From Phoronis australis (lineage: Eukaryota > Animalia > Phoronida), in assembly GCA_002633005.1 (NCBI GenBank), contig NMRA01000329.1, positions 209,219 to 273,218 on the forward strand: DNA of 64,000 nt, written 5' to 3'. Each line of letters starts with the position of its first letter. Within the stretch, counting starts at the first letter, position 1. The notes under the pieces were generated by a model that ran no database searches, was not told where the DNA came from, and was given only the letters and a program-made list of their open reading frames with translations. Below, piece by piece: positions 57,201-64,000 of this stretch. The position numbers and the translations under genes are program-made.

Positions 57201-60200
57201 CGGATGACTTGTAAAAAGTATTCTCGTAAAAAATACAGTTAATTTATGTGTAAAATGTCAATAGTATGCCAACACTATTCAGGGCCCTCAATCCCTCGAT
57301 ATTGGGGCTGAATATCCCGCCCCTCACTTCGCCTCTCAAAAATGTTCAAAAATCACACGGAATTACCCTTATGAAGTCAAAAATTCACCTCTAAACTATC
57401 AAAAATTCCTCTCACGGTATATATATACCATTGTCATAAAAAGCAATTCAACAAATAAACTTTTTTAATTATTAAAAGCAGTGTGAAAATTCCCCTCCTA
57501 GTAAAAACGACGCAAAAACTCATTTAAAAAGGCACAGGCACCCCTTTACTCTCAGGTGATTTAGGGTTCTGGTATTTTTATGGCAGCAGGTTCTTAAGAG
57601 TTTCAGGATCGACCAAAATGGATCTTAATAAATATTACATCCCTAACTATTTTTGTTGAGGTCAACGACTCTCATTAACTTTGATATTACAAAGTCGTGT
57701 GTTGTTACATGTTTGTTATGTTATTGACCTATAGGACACTTTTATAGAGTATACTGAGCGAACTTATCAGCTTGCTAAGAAAAGTACATGCAGGCTCATA
57801 AGTACTGCAGCTTGTGAAGTTGAATGTACGCACTAGTATTTTGTTTATGTTGGCCTTTTTTTTCTGTGTGACTGATTTTATCATTGTGAAGTTTCATCTG
57901 CATCTGGGACGAAGCCTCCTAGTAAAGGAAACCTCTGGTACGTAGACCTCACTCTCAAAAGCGCCAGATTACGCGAGTCTGCGTGTTTTAGCACCGTCCA
58001 TTACTAGCAAAGCACATGAACCCACTCGCAAGGTCATTGAGTCTTCTAGTACGTGTATGGTCTGCTTTCCCGTTTGGCTGTAGTGTTGGAATGGGAAAGT
58101 GATTTCCAAATGGTTCCTCAAGCAACTCGGCTTATTTCAGTCAATGCTGACAGTAATTGAAAATTTATGCTTGTGTTAGAATCAAGTTTTAAAGTTCATT
58201 TATCATCAATATAATAATTGCCCAAAATTATAGTGGAACCTTGTAGGCTATTCTGTGTTTAGAACATAAACTGTGACTATGAGGTAGAAATATATTTTCA
58301 TCCTGATTTTATCTGATGTATGTAAGTCAACCCTGCTTAATTGATGTACATTTTGATGTGTTCGATTGTAACTTGAGGCAATGGACTCAGAGTACAGTGT
58401 TTTATACTGAAATTCATGAAACAAAACACGAAGATCAGATGATGTGAAGATATTAATCTCTAGAGATACTGATTGGTCCATGTTTGCTATCGGTCGTTTT
58501 TGGATTTCCTATTGTTTTGGCTGTTCTAGAGATCGAATATTCATGTCAAAATAAACTTCTCAAGATTTTTGCCAGTGCTTTAAAGTTAATGTACACAACC
58601 GGTTGTGATTGCAACATACCGGGTACATCAAAGCAATTTCTTTTCTGCTTGCTTGCTGTGGTAAATTTAAGTGCCCTGCTGAGTGATTGATGACTGTGCA
58701 ACCTGACTTGGGACATGAACATTTCTACCCACATAGTCAACAGGAAGGTGACTGTCTACAGCTGATAATGTTGTGTTTACCTTTGACATGGGGTCATTTG
58801 GGTTTAAGTTTTGATACACATACCAGCTGTTAATAGAACTATCATATGCACTATACCAACAGAATTAGGTCCCCTGAGATAAGAGACACAGACAAGATTA
58901 TGGGAAGTGTAGGTAGAGGTCATATCTTGGTGATGATACATCGTCATGTGTCCTCAAATCTTACTGGGTCAATTCTTTGGAGCTGTGTTTCACCTTAGTT
59001 GAATGTCTGACCTTTTTCAATTTGATTTTATTGGACGGGCAGCATTAAATAGCAATTTCGTCTGCTACCTCAATACCTTATGCGATTAGTGATTGGTCAG
59101 AATGGCTAACTCCATTTCAGTTTTATAACTAAACACATATCCACAGTTGGGATCTGGATTTTTGGAATATGTCATGCCTTGTAATTGCTAAAACTGTTCT
59201 TTTATTAACTGATCTGTATTATATAACTTGTATTCAAGACAAAACAGGTGAAATTGTTTCAATTTTAGTACACCCGTTGACCTGAGTCGAGCACTACAAT
59301 TAGGTGCGTCAATGAAATTTTTATGCGTCATTTGACTTCAAAGGGCATTTTCCTAAAATTGTCTTAGGATACATGTGTAAACTGTGCATTGCAAATTGTG
59401 TTGTATTTCAATTTTAGCAGTGTGTACAATAAATGAACATTCTGTCCTGTAGTGAAAGTGAGCCACATACGTCACACTTAAATTTGACCACCATGCTCAA
59501 ACTTTGAGCCATCATCCTTATGTTTTATTAATTTTCATGTCAGTCAAGACTGTACAATGGTCTCAAACTATAAAATGTTGAGCCAGCACTCCGAATATTA
59601 CCATTATTATCAAAATTATAGCTTGTGATCTAATTATTCACAAACATGACCAAAAATTAAGAGCACTGCTGTCCCTTTCAGGATGTACGTAGGTGAATAT
59701 TGGACAACAGTCTCTGGTTCCCACCAGATGAGGCTAATCAAGGGTGAAGACCCACTTATAGCTGTACCCAAGATTTATTTTAAATTTTAAAAGTGTCAGC
59801 TGGCCAATTGACCAATTAAGGCTGGTCATCTGCTTGAAACTTAAATCTGAAATTTTAAGCAGTGGTTTATAAATATTCTTGTAACAGAGTTCAACACCAA
59901 ACCACAAATTGCTTGTTTGCATGTTTTCTTTGCTCCTTCCACATGTGGGTACACTGAGAGTTTAAAGGGAAAAGTTGAAATATCAAAAGTGGAACTTTCA
60001 ACTTCTAAATTCCTGTACTATGTGATCTAGTTGCTCATTATCTGCCATGACTGCAGTCAACTCAGGATTGAGTCTCACATTTACTGTCTGTCAAAAATAT
60101 CTTTCAGCGATTCTTAATATCTATCCATAAATGCTTCTTAAACAACGGGCCTAATCTGTCCTTGACTTGCAAGTTATATTTTTTCACAATCTGATAGTAT

Positions 60201-61479
60201 GGTCTTTGCTGGAATTTTGGGATTTTTATGGAGATTTTAAAGAGAATTCTCACTGCAGGATATTCTATAATTTCAATTAGATAATGAGTTATATGATCAA
60301 TTCTCAGCTTTTAGTGTTTATTCCTAGCATCTCTATTGCTTATTAAGTGATTCACAGTCCAAGATTTTAGAGGTCAAAGTTTACTTTATAGAGTTGTCAT
60401 CTGAGTGGCACCAACTCCATGACCACTTCATATTCAGGTAGTCACCTCAAAACTCAGGGTTTTGAGGGTTTGTAACTTGTAAACGATATGCAAGACTGGG
60501 AGGTAATTGATATATATTTATATATAACTGGAATTCAGGTTATTTCACTGTAAAAAAGTGATTGAAATGGCATTAATGCAGGTCTTTGCAGGAGTGACTG
60601 GATGTGGACTTGCTGGAGATTAGGGTGAAATATGCCAGTAAACCTGTCAAGTGAGGGTGTGTTCAGGGTCATATCGCTAGATTTTTGTGGCAGGTATTCC
60701 ATTCCAATGTCCTTGATGAAGAAGACATTATTATTGCTTTTATCTGGCCTATTATGAGTTGTTACTGGTTGAGTGGTATCTTCCTACAAGCATTTGCTTG
60801 GCAATAACATCTGCCATGGTTAGAATGATTTTGGAGCACTTCCGGCATGGTGTTTTCGTGTACATGTATAGGTTGAGGTCTCTATAGTTCCCATTAATAT
60901 TGACTTAAAATAGAATACATTGCGGAACCAGTTTGCATTCGTTGTAACTATAACCAATGGTGACCCCTTAGTGGCAATCACCATATATGTGTCGAAATTA
61001 TCTCAGAGTTCATATCCAGGTTATCATAAGCCAACTTAAAAGTGCTGTTGATATTACTTCACTTTTAAAGGCGCGTGCATTTTTTGTAAATGCTTCTGGT
61101 GTCACTGCACATTGGTAAACACTTGTTATATTTTGGGTAATTAAGTTGCTTTTGGATATTTTTGCTTCATGTTGTGCATTTAGAATATTGGGTAGATCAT
61201 GGATAGTTCTGCTGAGTAAACACTTACCGGTAATTAGCGACCTTACACATTGGGGATGGATTTCTTAGAATGTACACCTAATTGTAAAAAAAACAGTTGT
61301 AACTGAGGTGTTAAAAACCAGATGGTCGCCCTGCAAATAACAAAGTTCATGTCCAATCAACGTTTCGTCAATCATGGTTATTAATCTTACTGTGGCCAAA
61401 AACTGATTTAACTGAGGTGTTACATCATTCTAAACTCTTCTCCTCACCTGTAAACTTTGGTTTCTTTTTAGGTGAAGTT

Positions 61480-64000
61480 ATGCAGCAGCTTTACGAAGCA
61501 CTATCGCCTCAGAGTTCTAGTAGGGCGTCACCCGAATCATCAGCGCTCGTGAATCCCTCTTGCTCCACGTCTACTACTGCAATCTTGCCATGTCATGCAT
61601 CATCGGCTAGTCTTTCGCCCTCCTGCCGAACAGCAACAGAGAATCAGTACCATCGCTCTGCCTCGGCTCTGTTTGTGTCCGCATCTAGTATTCGTTCTGA
61701 CAACTCGTCAGCTATCATTCCTATGTGCAGAATCTGTCATATGCCAGAAGAGCCCGGCCGACATCTCATCTCACCTTGCCGTTGTTGTGGCACTCTCAGA
61801 CATGTTCACAGTTCGTGTTTGATGGTAAGTTGATGGCAAAAATCTCTTAGGGGCAATTGGGAGAGAGTTAGGAAGTTTAAGGGATGAGGGAAGGCATTCC
61901 TGCAGAAGGCGACAGCAGTGCTGTTGCCAAAACTTCTCGTTAAGAGAGTGACTAAATAGGACAGAATGGTTGTTAAGGTTAACAACTCATTATTCTAGAC
62001 TCATCACAAATTTTGGTCCGACTGGTTGACAATGAAGCTGGTGACCAGTTGCCTAGCCTACCCTGTTCAGACAAAAATGATCTGCTGTATTAATGTCCCC
62101 TCTGCGGTCGTCACTTGGGTCGGAAATCTGAGGCAAGTAGCAAATCATAGCCTCGTGCCAAGTCCTGGTGTTTTTTCGATCATTTCTCCAAATATTCATT
62201 AACTCTCGATTGTGCTGAGCTCATATGCAGTGCTCTATGTCTAGTCAAAACTCATGGTCTTTGCAGCTACACTGTAATAATTATTTTTCCAAACACCATT
62301 CTAATTCCTCTAAAGTTTTACCATTATACTCGGTGAGTAGCCATCATTTGCATGCTGATGCCAATAAAATTGACCAGAGTGTTGTTATTTACTTGATTAA
62401 TGTCCAACTCGTTCTGAAGGAACGTAGCTAGCAGCCTAAATGCTTTCAAAAACTACAACAGTAGACACCAAAATTGTTCAGTCAATATGATGCATGATTC
62501 CCAGTCATGGCATCTGGATGAAAGCTGATTTTATCATCAGAATATTAGCCTTCTCTTAAAGCCAAGGGTGAAGAAGGAGTTGACAAGAAAGATAAAAAGT
62601 GGCTTAGCCATAGAACTTTGATACTTTAGGTGAATAGTCATTACTTGTCTTTTTTGAGATTTGAGTCGGGGACTGGCTGGTCATGGAGTTGTATGTCGTG
62701 AGGGGTCGATTGTGTGCAAAGGCAGGTAAATATGAATGGTTTGATGAACTTTTTACCCGATATTTGCATTTGTCTTGTAGAAATGGATCGAGATATCAAG
62801 TCGAAAACGAAGAAACAAACCGCCACAGTGTGAAATATGTCAGTATCTCTATCGCAGACACAAGCAATTCAAGGTGAGGGCAAAAGGTTTTTACTGTCTG
62901 GAAGTTCACATGCTGGCGTTGCTATAGTGAATTCTGTCGGATGTGTACTTTGACTATCTTAACTGTTAAGGTTGTGTTTGCTTTCTGTCATGTTACAAAG
63001 GAAAGTTCATTGCAGGGCTCGGTAACGATTTCACTAATTCGGTACAAAACGTGGCCGGAAAGTAAAATTTTCTTTTCTCACTTTTTTCAAAAAGAATAAA
63101 TAGTAGCAAGTGAAAGTAAAGCTTTACTATTTTCAAGTGCTTTACCACAGCTCCCGGCAGACAATATTTTGGGGAATGGTGGCATTCAGAGCTGCATTTA
63201 AGAAGCCATCAAAAATGAAAATAAGACAATTTTGACAACCTAGTTCCACATGTAATAGTAAGTGTACTCATGTGCTTAGTAGTTCAGTTATTCAATTTAG
63301 CTAGTCTTTCATATCGTGTATTCAATGTATTTTTATAAAATTGTATAATTTGTAATTTTAAGTCACTTAATAGCAAATACTATGATTTAATATTTAGTAA
63401 TGATTTAGTCTTAGAATTTAAGTGTAACAGCATTTTTGAGATTTTATCTTGACTGTTTATATCAAGGAAATTTTGGTTACATTATGGATACCGTTGTTTT
63501 GCTCAATGTACTACCTTTTTACCAAATTTTATTAAAAAGACATGGGATTGGTCACTTAACTCAATCAATGAAACGTTAGTAAAAAATCAAACTTCAGATT
63601 CTACAGGATTCCTAGTATCATAAAACATGTTTTGTTGAGTTGAAATCAATAATTTTGCAGATATTGGGGTGAATACACACACTTGTGGATAAGGTCTTAC
63701 ATAAACTCAACCACTTTCTCATCTATTTATAGTTCCGCAGTTTCCGGTTGCCACGGATCTCGCGCTGTGACAAGATTCTACACACGATCTTCTTCCTTAC
63801 GATACTGACAATGATTGGCTGTGCTGTGGCCACAGTGTTGTGTTTCCTGTCTGATAAAGACCGCGCATCGGAACACGCGCAGAACCCCGAAGTGCGTGTC
63901 AAGTTGACACCCGAGGAGATTGTGACCTTGACCTGTGGTGTCACATTCTTCGTCGCTTTCTTCGTCGCAATGTCCGTTCAGATCAAGGCAAAGAGGACAA
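61480..64000 (+). CDS. MARCH-family RING-CH (RINGv) transmembrane E3 ubiquitin ligase, 3'-incomplete; exons 61472-61824, 62781-62873, 63733->64000
   Basis: CRICH..SPCRCCGTLRHVHSSCLM|KWIEIS..CEIC gives C4HC3, joined at phase-0 GT-AG sites. The next exon encodes two hydrophobic helices (TIFFLTILTMIGCAVATVLCFL; IVTLTCGVTFFVAFFVAMSV). ATG 61480 is assumed. Confidence 0.9.

Noticed and set aside
53000-61400. Many short ORFs in the presumed MARCH 5' intron and a weak CAG..CTG pair (57280-57571)
   Set aside because: No recognisable domains, consistent splice phases or TSDs.

Overview
AT-rich, intron-rich metazoan DNA, probably from an invertebrate. The main feature (2.3-24 kb) is an array of 15 stop-free, symmetric phase 1-1 exons of 186/189 bp, each encoding one divergent, N-glycan-rich sushi/CCP-like domain. 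They are organised as a 5-exon cassette (A-B-C-D-E plus one decayed exon) duplicated three times with its introns. No signal-peptide or TM exon is identifiable. Three host genes follow: a CABIT+SAM GAREM/THEMIS-like adaptor with an internal frameshift (+), a 3-exon BTB-zinc-finger gene (-) and the 5' part of a MARCH-type RING-CH E3 ligase (+). Mobile DNA includes a THAP-encoding Kolobok-like end, a Ty3/Gypsy RT relic, a decayed HERO-like RLE non-LTR element with 96-bp terminal direct repeats, a Penelope-like fragment with a decayed hammerhead, a Helentron/HINE-like element and several nested MITEs. The 32.4-38.8 kb tandem duplication is most likely two uncollapsed haplotypes joined at a single N. 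All coordinates and alignments were read by eye; no searches were run.
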